From the IMG/VR virus record IMGVR_UViG_3300038443_001768: a stretch of 64,000 nt of DNA; one strand, written 5' to 3'. Of the stretch, positions 8,196-17,352 are shown piece after piece. The translations under genes and the position numbers were made by a program. The notes under the pieces are model-generated. The model was not told where the DNA came from, searched no databases, and worked only from the letters and a program-made list of their open reading frames with translations. This DNA is from a virus. Each line of letters begins with the position of its first letter. Position 1 is the first letter of the stretch.

Positions 8196-10475
8196 CTAGA
8201 TTACCGCCTCGGGCGGCAGCGAGATCGGCGTGAATGCCCGGCGGCAGCGCGGGTGCTCCAGGCGACGCTCGCGTGCCTCGTCAATGGTCCATACTTGTCC
8301 GTCGGCGGCAATGCAGGGCTCGTCATGGTCTCGTCCATCGTGGACGAAGACGTGCGACTCGCCGTTCATCTCGGCTACCGTGAGCACGCCCTCGTTGTAG
8401 GCATGGACAGCCTCTGTCATGGCTACGGTCTCGGCGTGTCCACTACGCCAGCGGTCCATCTCGCCGCGGATGGCGCGCTCGATATCGCTCTTGGTCTGGC
8501 CGGCGCTCAAAGCCTCGGCGACCTTACGTGCGACATCATTACGAAGGTTGTTGATGATGGCGCGGAGGCCGCCCTTGCGGTAGACGACCTCACGGGCTAC
8601 GGCCTCGTAATCGATTTCCTCGTCGGGGCGGCGTCCAACTGTTCCCTGCTGGACCACCGAGGTAGAGACGGCTCGCTTGGTGGCCTTCTCCAGCGCACGA
8701 GCCATCAAGGACTGAAAACGAGTCCAGGCCGACGACTTGCGTAGCTTACTGCGGATTCTATCGCCCGGTGCCTTTCCCTCGACGGCGCGCTCAAGCTCAT
8801 CCAACAGGTCACGCTCAAGCGAATGAATCGCTTCCTTGATCTCAGCGGTCAACTCCGCGGTGATCGCGTCCACGGCGATGTCACGATCGCTCATCAGGAC
8901 GTCGTCCGGGGGCGTGATACGCGACGCTAGATCATGACTGGCGGGTTCCATGGCCTTAGCGCCAGCGGCGATTTCCTCAAGCCGGGCGATGATCTCGTTG
9001 GCGTCGAAGGACTTGCCGGAGGCGACGGCTGTTCGCGACTTCGGCTTCGGCAGGCTGGTGTCGCGCACGCTGCGCGGGAAGGCGACCGTGTTCTCTGGGT
9101 TCGGAGGGCGGCCAGGTTCGCCCGCGAGGTTGAAGTCGGGGAAGCCGGCCGTGGTGTCGTCGGCGGTTCCATTCGGTCCGGGAAGGTTGATGACGAGGTC
9201 GTCGCGCTCGTCGCCAAGCGGGTCCAGCCCGGCGTACTTACGTACCTCGCGGATACGGACGCCCGGCAGGGCCGCGAACGCGGACGAGAGGCGGAGCTTC
9301 TCCTCCTCGGGGATGATGTACTCGTAGTCGATCTTGAAGTCCATCTCCCAAGGCGACGTGATGCCCTTGGAGATCGCCTTCTGGAGCTTGTTCAACAACG
9401 GACGCATCGTCTTGTTATCGAAGATGCGCTGATCGGCGTTGCTGGTGCCGGTCGCGGCGGGCGCTGACGCGTAGCCCAGCAGCGAGGCCGGGACGCGGAA
9501 CATGGCAAAGATCCGATCGCGTGAGAGGTTTGTGAGGTTCTCGAACGCCGCGTCGGTCGCCGACGGCGCGATCGACTGATACTTCAGTCCGGCTTCGAGC
9601 ACCATCAGCGCGCCCGCATTGCGGGGGCCTCCATACATGGCGCGTAGCTGGGTCTGGAGGCGACGCAGCACGTCCTTCGGGACGCGGCGGTCGGACTGCA
9701 CCACCATCGAAGGCTGGGCGCGCTTCTCGTAGTAGCTGGCCATCGTATCGGTGAGCGCTAGGTCCATGTCGAAGACCCGCGACCCGCCCTGGATGACGCC
9801 GAGCCCATAGTAGGGGTCGTGCGGGTTCGGCATCTTGAAGTGCATGACCTGACTCGAAGGGATCTTCAGCTTGCCGGTCCCGGGAACAGAGTATTCATAG
9901 GACTCGATCCCCCATTGGCCGGGAACGACCTTGACCAGCGGCGGGGCGAGCCGATAAATCGCCAGCGGTCGACCCGACGAGTCCGGCCGCCACTTCAGCC
10001 AATATGCGTTGCCGGTGAGCAGGTAGTCGATCAGCGTTAGCTCGATCAACTCCTCGTAGCCCATGAACGGATTCGGGTCTTCGAAGAGCTTGCCTAGCAG
10101 GTAAGGGGCGGACTTGATCTCGTCCGGCGTGTGCGGCGTGCGGCGCGACTCCGGAATGTAAGAGACGCCCTTCTGCTCGAAGTGCCACTCAGCCGATGAC
10201 GCGGTCTCCGTAATGAGGCGCACGCAGTCCATGACCCAATCGACAGCGTCCACCTTGCCTCCGTAGGCGTTGAGGTGTCGCCCAGCCTCGCGCTGCGCAA
10301 ACGGTGTCCGCGTCCGAGCAGGACCATCGACGATGATCGGCTGTGTCGGCCCGGCCATCAGGTCGGGTGTCGCAGGGAACGCCTTCTGGGCCGCGCCGGC
10401 CTGTGCTCGCATCATCGCCTTGAGGTCCACGGAGAGAATATTATGCGCCGCCGTGCCACCCCAAGTGGTACGCAT
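8196..10475 (-). CDS. Portal protein fused to MuF/gp7-like head morphogenesis domain
   Basis: HK97 portal motifs (LLTGNAY, VMHFK.PNP..PYYGL, VLEAGLKY, FRVPASLLG); C-terminal AETVAMTE...HPRCRRAF MuF signature. Confidence 0.9.
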   Translation of the reverse strand: MRTTWGGTAAHNILSVDLKAMMRAQAGAAQKAFPATPDLMAGPTQPIIVDGPARTRTPFAQREAGRHLNAYGGKVDAVDWVMDCVRLITETASSAEWHFEQKGVSYIPESRRTPHTPDEIKSAPYLLGKLFEDPNPFMGYEELIELTLIDYLLTGNAYWLKWRPDSSGRPLAIYRLAPPLVKVVPGQWGIESYEYSVPGTGKLKIPSSQVMHFKMPNPHDPYYGLGVIQGGSRVFDMDLALTDTMASYYEKRAQPSMVVQSDRRVPKDVLRRLQTQLRAMYGGPRNAGALMVLEAGLKYQSIAPSATDAAFENLTNLSRDRIFAMFRVPASLLGYASAPAATGTSNADQRIFDNKTMRPLLNKLQKAISKGITSPWEMDFKIDYEYIIPEEEKLRLSSAFAALPGVRIREVRKYAGLDPLGDERDDLVINLPGPNGTADDTTAGFPDFNLAGEPGRPPNPENTVAFPRSVRDTSLPKPKSRTAVASGKSFDANEIIARLEEIAAGAKAMEPASHDLASRITPPDDVLMSDRDIAVDAITAELTAEIKEAIHSLERDLLDELERAVEGKAPGDRIRSKLRKSSAWTRFQSLMARALEKATKRAVSTSVVQQGTVGRRPDEEIDYEAVAREVVYRKGGLRAIINNLRNDVARKVAEALSAGQTKSDIERAIRGEMDRWRSGHAETVAMTEAVHAYNEGVLTVAEMNGESHVFVHDGRDHDEPCIAADGQVWTIDEARERRLEHPRCRRAFTPISLPPEAVI

Positions 10476-10586
10476 CGGTGGTGGGTATTTCGAGCCTCGC
10501 TTGGTTCATGTCCACGCCACTTGGCCCCCTCTATAGGGGGCCGAAGTGTCAAGTGGTCAATCACCGCATTCTAGAGCCAAATTTTT

Positions 10587-10611
10587 TACCCACATTCGAC
10601 CCACTTGAATC
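10587..10611 (+). repeat. 25-bp element, perfect inverted copy at 37546-37570
   Basis: TACCCACATTCGACCCACTTGAATC; reverse complement at 37546-37570, partial copy near 37463. Confidence 0.85.
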
Positions 10612-10692
10612 TGACGCCTGCGTCATCTTTGTTCCCTGAGCGCTGGTACGAAGCCCCGACGGCGGCTCTTGACATCTGGTACGCTTCCATGT

Positions 10693-11016
10693 ATGGCAGC
10701 AAGGCACCCAATCGACGACGAACTCGTCGTCGCAGAGGCCGCGGTGCGTCACGCTCAGATGGTGCGCAGGTTTCACGCCAGGAAGTCGCCGAGAGGAAGC
10801 GCTCAGCGGCAGGCCGACCTTCAAGAGGCGCGAGAACGCCTCAGGACGGCGATGAAGCCGCTGCGCTCATACCTAGGACGCGCCGCTTACAAGAATGCAA
10901 CCAACTACAACGCTGATCTACATGATCGCGTGCGCGAGACGTCAGCGGCGATGCAGAAGGAGCGCCGCAAGCTTCACAAGATGGCCGCGAGGAGCACGAA
11001 TGCTAGACCACGATGA
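10693..11016 (+). CDS. Hypothetical basic helical protein
   Basis: ORF after TTGACA and TACGCT boxes; first gene of plus-strand operon. Confidence 0.6.
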   Translation: MAARHPIDDELVVAEAAVRHAQMVRRFHARKSPRGSAQRQADLQEARERLRTAMKPLRSYLGRAAYKNATNYNADLHDRVRETSAAMQKERRKLHKMAARSTNARPR

Positions 11017-11212
11017 ACTAGAAGTACTTGATCAACTCGGAGACGTGGCGAGCGCGTTTGCGGCGCTGCCGCAGGAGCATGCTGCGGACATTGATGAGTT
11101 CGTGGCCGCCATCCACGCGGCGCAGAACATCGTCCTGTCACGACCCGGCATTCGCTCATATCGAAAGCTCAAGGTGCTTCCGGAGGATTGGAAGCGGCCG
11201 GTGGGCGCGTGA
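11000..11212 (+). CDS. Hypothetical protein
   Basis: GAGGAG RBS; MLDHDELEVLDQ... Confidence 0.6.
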   Translation: MLDHDELEVLDQLGDVASAFAALPQEHAADIDEFVAAIHAAQNIVLSRPGIRSYRKLKVLPEDWKRPVGA

Positions 11213-11700
11213 GCGTTACTAAGCCGTGGCTCAACGATAGCCCCTACGCGCCGTCCTATGAGACGGCAACCCTTGAGGCTGTCCGCCTGTGTGTGCAGCA
11301 GGCGGTCTCCAAGGAACTCCTAGGAGCACAGAACATCGAGTTCGTGGCCGAGGAGATGAGCCGACAGATGATCTTCAGGTTGCGCGCGATGGTCTACGAA
11401 GACCCGAAGCAGCGCCGACGCGACGTTCATCGAATTGTCGAGGAGTGTGCGCATCCTACGTGGAAGCACGCGCTGATCGCATCGCTGCCCGAGGCCGCCC
11501 TGTACCGCCGCCGCTTTCTCGGCTATCTCTGGGACATCGAACCCATGTATGCCAACACGCGCGTTGTCCACGAGGTCGCCGTAACTGCGCGGGGCCTCTT
11601 CCCCGACATGAGTATCCACTACCCGAAGGAGCTTGGAACCATTCAGTATATGACGAAGATCGAGCCGCTGGGTTCGCGACGCGAGGAGTGGTATGTCTAG
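11209..11700 (+). CDS. Hypothetical protein
   Basis: GTGA-coupled ORF in operon. Confidence 0.6.
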   Translation: MSVTKPWLNDSPYAPSYETATLEAVRLCVQQAVSKELLGAQNIEFVAEEMSRQMIFRLRAMVYEDPKQRRRDVHRIVEECAHPTWKHALIASLPEAALYRRRFLGYLWDIEPMYANTRVVHEVAVTARGLFPDMSIHYPKELGTIQYMTKIEPLGSRREEWYV

Positions 11701-12019
11701 TCTCGCCGCGGTCGTCGTCGGTGAGGTCATCGATGAGCTACAGAGCCGAAGCGGCTTCGACGCCTGGGCCGAGGAGATCGACGACCAGGTTTGGGAGGAA
11801 CTCGTAGATCGGCTCGTCGAGCGGGTCGACACGTTTACGGCATCGACGATCGCCGTCGGACCGAAAGCGGCTGCCGCCTTCCTGCGCGTCATCGACATTC
11901 TTCACGACAGCCTTGGTCCCGGCGATGGCGACTTCTGGGACTGGATCGAAGAAAACGACAAGCTCGCCTATGATGCCTACTACGATGTCCTAGCTCAGAT
12001 GCGAGAGGTGTCGGCGTGA
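11693..12019 (+). CDS. Hypothetical acidic protein
   Basis: GAGGAG RBS, coupled ORF. Confidence 0.6.
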   Translation: MSSLAAVVVGEVIDELQSRSGFDAWAEEIDDQVWEELVDRLVERVDTFTASTIAVGPKAAAAFLRVIDILHDSLGPGDGDFWDWIEENDKLAYDAYYDVLAQMREVSA

Positions 12020-12957
12020 TCCTTGCCGTCATTGTCGCTGTGCTGTTTGCGTGGTATGTCGCTGTTCGCCTCTACCCGAGCCAGAACGAGCCCACCAAGG
12101 GCAACACGTTCTCCGCTGAGATCCTCGCTGACTCGCTGTCGCCCGCCGGGTATCGGCTCACGACGTTCCTGGTCACGCTACCGCGCTTCATTCTCGCCGA
12201 GTTCAACACCCATAGGCGAATCAGCCGCAACTCGGCCTCGTCGCGCGCGATCCCGATCAAGCGTCAGATCCAGCGCGTCATCAAGTACCCCTTCGTGCCT
12301 CTCGGCTTCGGCGGCGCACAGAAGGGCATGCAGGCCGCCGAGGATCTCTCTGGCTGGCGTGAACGGGTAGCTCGCCAGACGTGGCTGAAGACGCGCTACG
12401 CCGCCGTTGCGGCGGCATGGATGCTGGACCGCCTCGGCGTTCACAAGTCATTCGCGAACCGCGTACTTGAGCCGTGGCTGTGGCACACTGTGATCGCGAC
12501 CGCCACTGAGTGGGAGAACTTCTTCGCGCTGCGCACCGACGCCGCCGCCCAGCCCGAGTTCCGTCACGTGGCCGAGATGATGGAACTCTTGTACCGCGAC
12601 AACAAGCCGAAGAAGCTCGGGCCGCTGGAGTGGCATCTTCCGATGCTATCAGCGGAGGATCGTAAATTTCTCTGCCCGAGCGTACATTCGTTCGTCGACG
12701 CTGGCCGCGCCGCGCGGGTCAGTTTCGACACACACGATCGCGACGAACCGATCAGGGCTTCGTACGCGCGTGCTGAGATGCTGACCTCGAACGGTCATTG
12801 GTCGCCGACCGAGCACCAGGCCAAGGTCGGGCTGTCGGTTGAGTCAGCCGCGGGCCACAACGGCAACCTCCAGGGCGACTGGATGCAGTTCAGGAAGATG
12901 TTCGACAACGAAGACAACTACGCACTACTCAAGGAGAGCACGCATGTCGAGGCCTGA
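12016..12957 (+). CDS. thyX: FAD-dependent thymidylate synthase
   Basis: AEFNTHRRISRNSASSRAIP ThyX motif, HKSFANRVLEP, HWSPTEH. Confidence 0.9.
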   Translation: MILAVIVAVLFAWYVAVRLYPSQNEPTKGNTFSAEILADSLSPAGYRLTTFLVTLPRFILAEFNTHRRISRNSASSRAIPIKRQIQRVIKYPFVPLGFGGAQKGMQAAEDLSGWRERVARQTWLKTRYAAVAAAWMLDRLGVHKSFANRVLEPWLWHTVIATATEWENFFALRTDAAAQPEFRHVAEMMELLYRDNKPKKLGPLEWHLPMLSAEDRKFLCPSVHSFVDAGRAARVSFDTHDRDEPIRASYARAEMLTSNGHWSPTEHQAKVGLSVESAAGHNGNLQGDWMQFRKMFDNEDNYALLKESTHVEA

Positions 12958-14829
12958 ATACGGTGAGTACACGAACGGAACGGCGATCGATATCATCGAG
13001 AACGAGGGTCTCGGCTACGCCGTGCGTCATTACATCAGCGGCGACGCTTTCAAGGACCCTGAAACTCAAATCCGCTGGAACAACGCGGCCGGTTCCCTTG
13101 AGGCGCTCATCGAATACCTTCAGGATGAGACGGGCCGCGAGATCGATGCCTAAGTATGAACTCGACTACTCGAAGGCTGAATACCAGTGCCCTGACTGCG
13201 GAAGCGGTCAGGGCCTCTGGCAGGCCGTGAGCTTCGAGGGCTGGGTGTCCGCGACGATTAGTGTCGAATTTGTCGGTGAGCAGGCCAGACCGGCAGTTGT
13301 CCTAGAGACGACCGATCACGGGTTTCAAGGAACAGACTGGGATATCGAAGGCAGGATCACACACAATCACGGCGGCTGCGGAGAGTGTGGCTGGGAAGGC
13401 GGTTTCCCAGAGGGTCTCAAGCTTCACGCGCCGAGGAAGCTCGGCTGGGACGGCCGGCCAATTCGCGCGCAGATGGAAGGTCAGCTAGGATTGTTGGATG
13501 CCTAGATTCATTTTCGCCGACCGCGACGATGTCGAGAAGCGAGACGACGCCGAGGAATGGCTTCCGTACTCGGACTGGGAGTACCCAACGTACCTGATCG
13601 ATACGAAGACCGACAAGATCATCGCCAGCGATCAGTGCGAATCGGAGGACGCAACGTTCGGTCGCCACTACCGATTCTTGATCGACCTACTCAACGAAGT
13701 CGCTGAGGGAGACTGATGCTCGGCCGGCACTACCACATCGGACGCTCATGGCCGGGCTGCGGCACGCCAATGGAGGACGAGTGTCCGTGTCCCCAGGAAC
13801 CCTGCGGGCTCATCGATGAGAAGCGCGTAGTCGAGGGCTGCGAGCAGCACGACACGTCGTTCTGCAAGACGATGCGCTCGGGTCACCCAGCCGATTCATG
13901 CCCAGGAACGTCATCATGAGGCAGGTCGCTATCGGCGCGCCGACGCTGGCGATCGTGTCAGCGTTGATCTACGCGACCATCGCGTTGGGCGCTGGGGAAC
14001 TTCTACTTCTCGCGGCCTACGGTGTGGCTTCCGTGATTGGGTTCAGCGCGGTCTCATACATCGTAGGCGGCTTTGTCGTCGACATGATCGAGAGCGGTCA
14101 GCGAAACAGAAAGGGAGTCGATGGTTGAGTGCGCGGCGGTTCGCGTGAGTACAGGGTCACGATCGCCGACGCGTTGCGGGAGGTCATGGAGGATGTTTGG
14201 GTTCCCGTCGAAGGCGTCAAGTTGACCTTCGAAGGTGACGTCATGGAGATCATCCTGACTAACGATTTAGAGCGCGTAAAGCGCGCAGAGAAGTCGCCGA
14301 AGGTCGCCACACAGCCTAATACGGGCGAACCCGTGAGGTGGAGGTTCTGATACCGGAGAAGCTGCGTTGGGTAGTTAGATGGACACGCAGAGGCAGCAAT
14401 CTCGACGGCTACGATCTCAAGGACTGTGTCGCCGCACTTCAGGACGCGATCGAGCGCCTAGAGCCACACATCTACAAGCTTGGCGTCGACACCAAGATGC
14501 CCGAGTACCGGCGCAGGTTTTGGCGGCGCGTACCCGAGTACGTTGACACGTCTCGGCACATCAACACCGACAGGATCGAATGGAAGATCGGCTTCAACGA
14601 TGACGCGATAACGTTGTTGCTGATGTTGCCGTATTACGAAAAGACCGTTACGCGTTTGCAGTCTCCGCTTGAGTACCTTCGCTTCGGCGAGCCGCGGAGC
14701 TTCACATCGAACGACCCTGACCGTCAACAGCGCCTAGCCAGAGGAGTCATGGAGGCGTTGGCGACGATTGGGTTCCATCCAGGCGGGCCGAACCCGCCAG
14801 TTTCGATCGAGCCCAACGGCGACTACTGA
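12944..14829 (+). CDS. Run of small hypothetical genes (12944-13153, 13146-13505, 13498-13716, 13716-13919, 13916-14128, ~14129-14350, 14338-14829)
   Basis: Tightly coupled ORFs with start/stop overlaps; no recognisable families. Confidence 0.55.
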
Positions 14830-14918
14830 TTGGCACTTCTCAGTGGGTCGCGGTCGGCGGGCTTGTGCTTTGGCTGCTGCTGGTTCTAGCTGTCGTCTAC
14901 GTAGGACTTAGCGAATAG

Positions 14919-14960
14919 AACGACAGAGGCCCCGTTATTCGTGAGAATAACGGGGCCTTT
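14919..14960. terminator. Bidirectional terminator
   Basis: AGGCCCCGTTATTC/GAATAACGGGGCCT hairpin between convergent operons. Confidence 0.75.
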
Positions 14961-14995
14961 GGGCACCCCATGCCGACTGTCAGGGATGAATTCTA

Positions 14996-15388
14996 TCAGA
15001 ACTTCACGGGCCGGCGCGGCAACCTCTTCGGCTTCGAAGCGCGGTACTTCTCCCACGACCAGACATCGTCACCGGCCGAGACGATGTGCCGCTTCTCGCG
15101 CCAGCAGTTGATGCACGTCTTGACTCGAATGGTGACGACGCGCTCGCGCGCCCAGTAGCGCTTCTCTTCCACGTACTCGATGTACCACTCGTGGTGCCGG
15201 CCAGCGAGGCAGCGCTGGCTCTTCTTCTTAGCGACGCGCTTCTTGCCACGCGCCTTGCCAGTGCAGGGACCGTCCTCGATCGGAGCCTTGCGCGGATCGG
15301 GCTCGCGAGCCTCACCGATGATGCAGCAGCCGCACTGCGCGTAGAGCTTCTTGCCGTTGCGGCGGCGTGAACGACGCTTGTGGTGCAT
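14996..15388 (-). CDS. Basic Cys/His-rich hypothetical protein
   Basis: AGGAGG RBS; 130 aa. Confidence 0.6.
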   Translation of the reverse strand: MHHKRRSRRRNGKKLYAQCGCCIIGEAREPDPRKAPIEDGPCTGKARGKKRVAKKKSQRCLAGRHHEWYIEYVEEKRYWARERVVTIRVKTCINCWREKRHIVSAGDDVWSWEKYRASKPKRLPRRPVKF

Positions 15389-15404
15389 GTGACCTCCTAG
15401 GTTG

Positions 15405-15683
15405 TTATGAACTCACATGCATGGCTTCCTCCCTCTGTTGAATGGCCTTTGCGAAGCAGCCCTGCGAGACCACATTCTTCCCGTTCTGGAGATCGGCGAC
15501 AGAACTATCGCTGCCCCACAGCGAGTTGAACGGGATCTTGTCAAGCTCTAGCGATGCTGCGATTTCTGATGCCTCGCGGTAGTCGTAGAAGTTCGTAACG
15601 CAGACCATGCATCGCAGGTAGCGTCGAAATTCAAGCGAGAAGTAGACACCTGTGTTCCAGCAGCGCGGGCAGTCGAAGGCCAT
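15405..15683 (-). CDS. Zn-finger-like hypothetical protein
   Basis: GAGGAG RBS; CPRC...CMVC. Confidence 0.55.
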   Translation of the reverse strand: MAFDCPRCWNTGVYFSLEFRRYLRCMVCVTNFYDYREASEIAASLELDKIPFNSLWGSDSSVADLQNGKNVVSQGCFAKAIQQREEAMHVSS

Positions 15684-15744
15684 GAGTCTCCTCTAGAACG
15701 ACAAAGACCGCCGAAGCATAGCAGCAACGACGGTCTTTGTAAAG

Positions 15745-15819
15745 TGGTAGCCCCACCGGGGATTGAACCCGGTCTAAGAGTGTGAAAGACTCTCGTGCTG
15801 ACCATTACACCATGGGGCC
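15745..15819 (-). tRNA. tRNA-Glu(TTC), only tRNA with encoded CCA
   Basis: Cloverleaf, loop CT TTC AC. Confidence 0.9.
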
Positions 15820-15827
15820 GTGAAGGG

Positions 15828-15906
15828 TAGCGGAGGTAGGATTCGAACCGTTTATGACGACCTCCTGGTTATGAGCCAGGCGAGCTTCCAACTGCTCTAC
15901 TCCGCG
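15828..15906 (-). tRNA. tRNA-Met(CAT), initiator-like, with insertion in T stem
   Basis: 5' CGCGG, C1:U72 mismatch, loop CT CAT AA. Confidence 0.8.
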
Positions 15907-15912
15907 TGATAG

Positions 15913-15985
15913 TAGGCCGTGCGGGATTCGAACCCGCGTTCTTCACTGTGAGAGAGTGACGAGATAACCGCTACTCCAACGGCCC
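15913..15985 (-). tRNA. tRNA-Glu(CTC)
   Basis: Cloverleaf, loop CT CTC AC. Confidence 0.9.
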
Positions 15986-16005
15986 AAGCTTTGACAAGTG
16001 TAGCA

Positions 16006-16078
16006 CGCCCCCGGCAGGATTCGAACCCGCGACCAGCCGGGTAGAAACCGGCCGCTCTGTCCACTGAGCTACAAGGGC
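16006..16078 (-). tRNA. tRNA-Arg(TCT)
   Basis: Cloverleaf, loop TT TCT AC. Confidence 0.9.
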
Positions 16079-16082
16079 AAGA

Positions 16083-16155
16083 TCGCGGCGAGGGGACTCG
16101 AACCCCATTCGGGCGCTCCTTATGAGGGAGTCCGGGTCAACCGATCCGCGCCGCA
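16083..16155 (-). tRNA. tRNA-Met/Ile2(CAT), atypical
   Basis: T arm and loop CT CAT AA; short D arm. Confidence 0.7.
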
Positions 16156-16158
16156 TTA

Positions 16159-16230
16159 TGTCCCCGGCTGGATTCGAACCAGCGACCTACCGCTTAGGAG
16201 GCGGTCGCGCTTCCGCTGCGCCACGAGGAC
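16159..16230 (-). tRNA. tRNA-Arg(CCT)
   Basis: Cloverleaf, loop CT CCT AA. Confidence 0.9.
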
Positions 16231-16235
16231 TCAAG

Positions 16236-16306
16236 CGGGGCACCTGGGATTCGAACCCAGAAGGCGCGGTTTTGGAGACCGGCCGGCACAACCTACGCTG
16301 TACCCC
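16236..16306 (-). tRNA. tRNA-Trp(CCA)
   Basis: Cloverleaf, loop CT CCA AA, G73. Confidence 0.85.
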
Positions 16307-16396
16307 ATGTACTGGCTGCTTACTTCCGGATCGTGGTCCGGTGTCGGCACTTAGCGGACTCTCCACGTCCACGACAGGAGAACACGGCCAAGTGAG

Positions 16397-16469
16397 GGTG
16401 ACCGATCAGATTCGAACTGACGCCGTCTTGGTTCACAACCAAGAGTGCTACCGCTACACCACGGTCACC
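16397..16469 (-). tRNA. tRNA-His(GTG)
   Basis: Loop TT GTG AA; encoded G-1 and C73. Confidence 0.9.
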
Positions 16470-16474
16470 GAGAG

Positions 16475-16547
16475 CGCCCTTGGCTGGACTCGAACCAGCG
16501 ACCCCCAGCTTCGCAAGCTGGTGCTCTATCCACTGAGCTACAAGGAC
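16475..16547 (-). tRNA. tRNA-Arg(GCG)
   Basis: Loop TT GCG AA in canonical cloverleaf. Confidence 0.9.
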
Positions 16548-16553
16548 TTGGAG

Positions 16554-16627
16554 CGGAAGTGACGGGATTCGAACCCGCGGTCTCGTCCGTGACAGGGACG
16601 CGGGGACGGCCTCTCCCCTACACCTCC
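16554..16627 (-). tRNA. tRNA-Asp(GTC)
   Basis: Loop CT GTC AC, G73. Confidence 0.9.
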
Positions 16628-16639
16628 AAGTTACTTCAG

Positions 16640-16712
16640 CGTCCCTGGCAGGATTTGAACCCGCGACCCCCTGGTTCGAAGCCAGGTGCTCTATCCACTG
16701 AGCTACAGAGAC
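16640..16712 (-). tRNA. tRNA-Arg(TCG)
   Basis: Loop CT TCG AA. Confidence 0.9.
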
Positions 16713-16716
16713 TAAG

Positions 16717-16801
16717 TGCGCGAGGTGGGACTCGAACCCACACGACCCTAAGGCCAACCGGGTTTGAGCCGGTCGTGTCTACCAATTCCTACCACTCACG
16801 C
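16717..16801 (-). tRNA. tRNA-Leu(CAA)
   Basis: Long variable arm, loop CT CAA AC. Confidence 0.9.
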
Positions 16802-16812
16802 GAAGACTGCTA

Positions 16813-16896
16813 TGACATCGAGGGGATTCGAACCCCTATGACCTCTCGGCCGGCAGGGTCTAAGCCTGCTGCGTATACCAATTCCACCACGATGCC
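16813..16896 (-). tRNA. tRNA-Leu(TAG)
   Basis: Long variable arm, loop CT TAG AC. Confidence 0.9.
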
Positions 16897-16900
16897 GGAG

Positions 16901-16984
16901 TGCGCTGAACAGGACTCGAACCTGCACGGGTTTTACCCCACAAGGCTCTCAACCTTGCGTGTCTACCAATTCCACCACCAACGC
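16901..16984 (-). tRNA. tRNA-Leu(GAG)
   Basis: Long variable arm, loop TT GAG AG. Confidence 0.9.
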
Positions 16985-17106
16985 GAAATCCCATCAGAGG
17001 CCAGGGCGTCGATGGGAAGGACTACCTTGACCGCCCTCCGCCCAAGCGGCGAAGAATTCGCGTGCTGCCACACGCTTGCCCTCGGTGGCAGCCGAGGGGC
17101 GATCTC
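16985..17106 (-). ncRNA. Unknown 122-nt multi-hairpin RNA with kissing loops
   Basis: Closing stem GAGATC/GATTTC, five hairpins, complementary loops CTGCCA/TGGCAG; fills the Pro-Leu spacer. Confidence 0.6.
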
Positions 17107-17112
17107 AGTGAG

Positions 17113-17184
17113 TCGGGGACGCGGGAGTCGAACCCGCCACCACTCCGTTCCAAGCGGAGGATGCAACCGCTACACCTGACCCCG
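17113..17184 (-). tRNA. tRNA-Pro(TGG)
   Basis: C1:G72, loop CT TGG AA. Confidence 0.9.
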
Positions 17185-17187
17185 TAG

Positions 17188-17260
17188 TGGTCGATGCAGG
17201 TCTCGAACCTGCGACCTCATGCGTGTCGAGCATGCGCTCTACCAACTGAGCTAATCGACC
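17188..17260 (-). tRNA. tRNA-Val(GAC)
   Basis: Loop TC GAC AC (C33 instead of U33). Confidence 0.85.
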
Positions 17261-17274
17261 AAGGTACTACTAAG

Positions 17275-17347
17275 CTCCGCCGCCAGGATTCGAACCCGGA
17301 ACTCTCGGGTAACAACCGAGCACGTTCTCCGTTTACGCCACAGCGGA
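17275..17347 (-). tRNA. tRNA-Asn(GTT)
   Basis: Loop TT GTT AC, G73. Confidence 0.9.
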
Positions 17348-17352
17348 TCGTA

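Noticed and set aside
16313-16345. SRP RNA
   Set aside because: Only the GGAA..AGCAG half matches; the CAGG strand and long flanking helix are missing
16813-16896. Possible amber suppressor tRNA (CTA visible on plus strand)
   Set aside because: Gene is on the minus strand, so the anticodon is TAG (Leu); many genes end in TAG, so there is no sign of recoding
15548-17179. ORFs across the tRNA clusters (e.g. 16445-17179; likewise 23189-23494 and 30710-31057)
   Set aside because: They are translations of tRNA genes, with no RBS or protein-like composition
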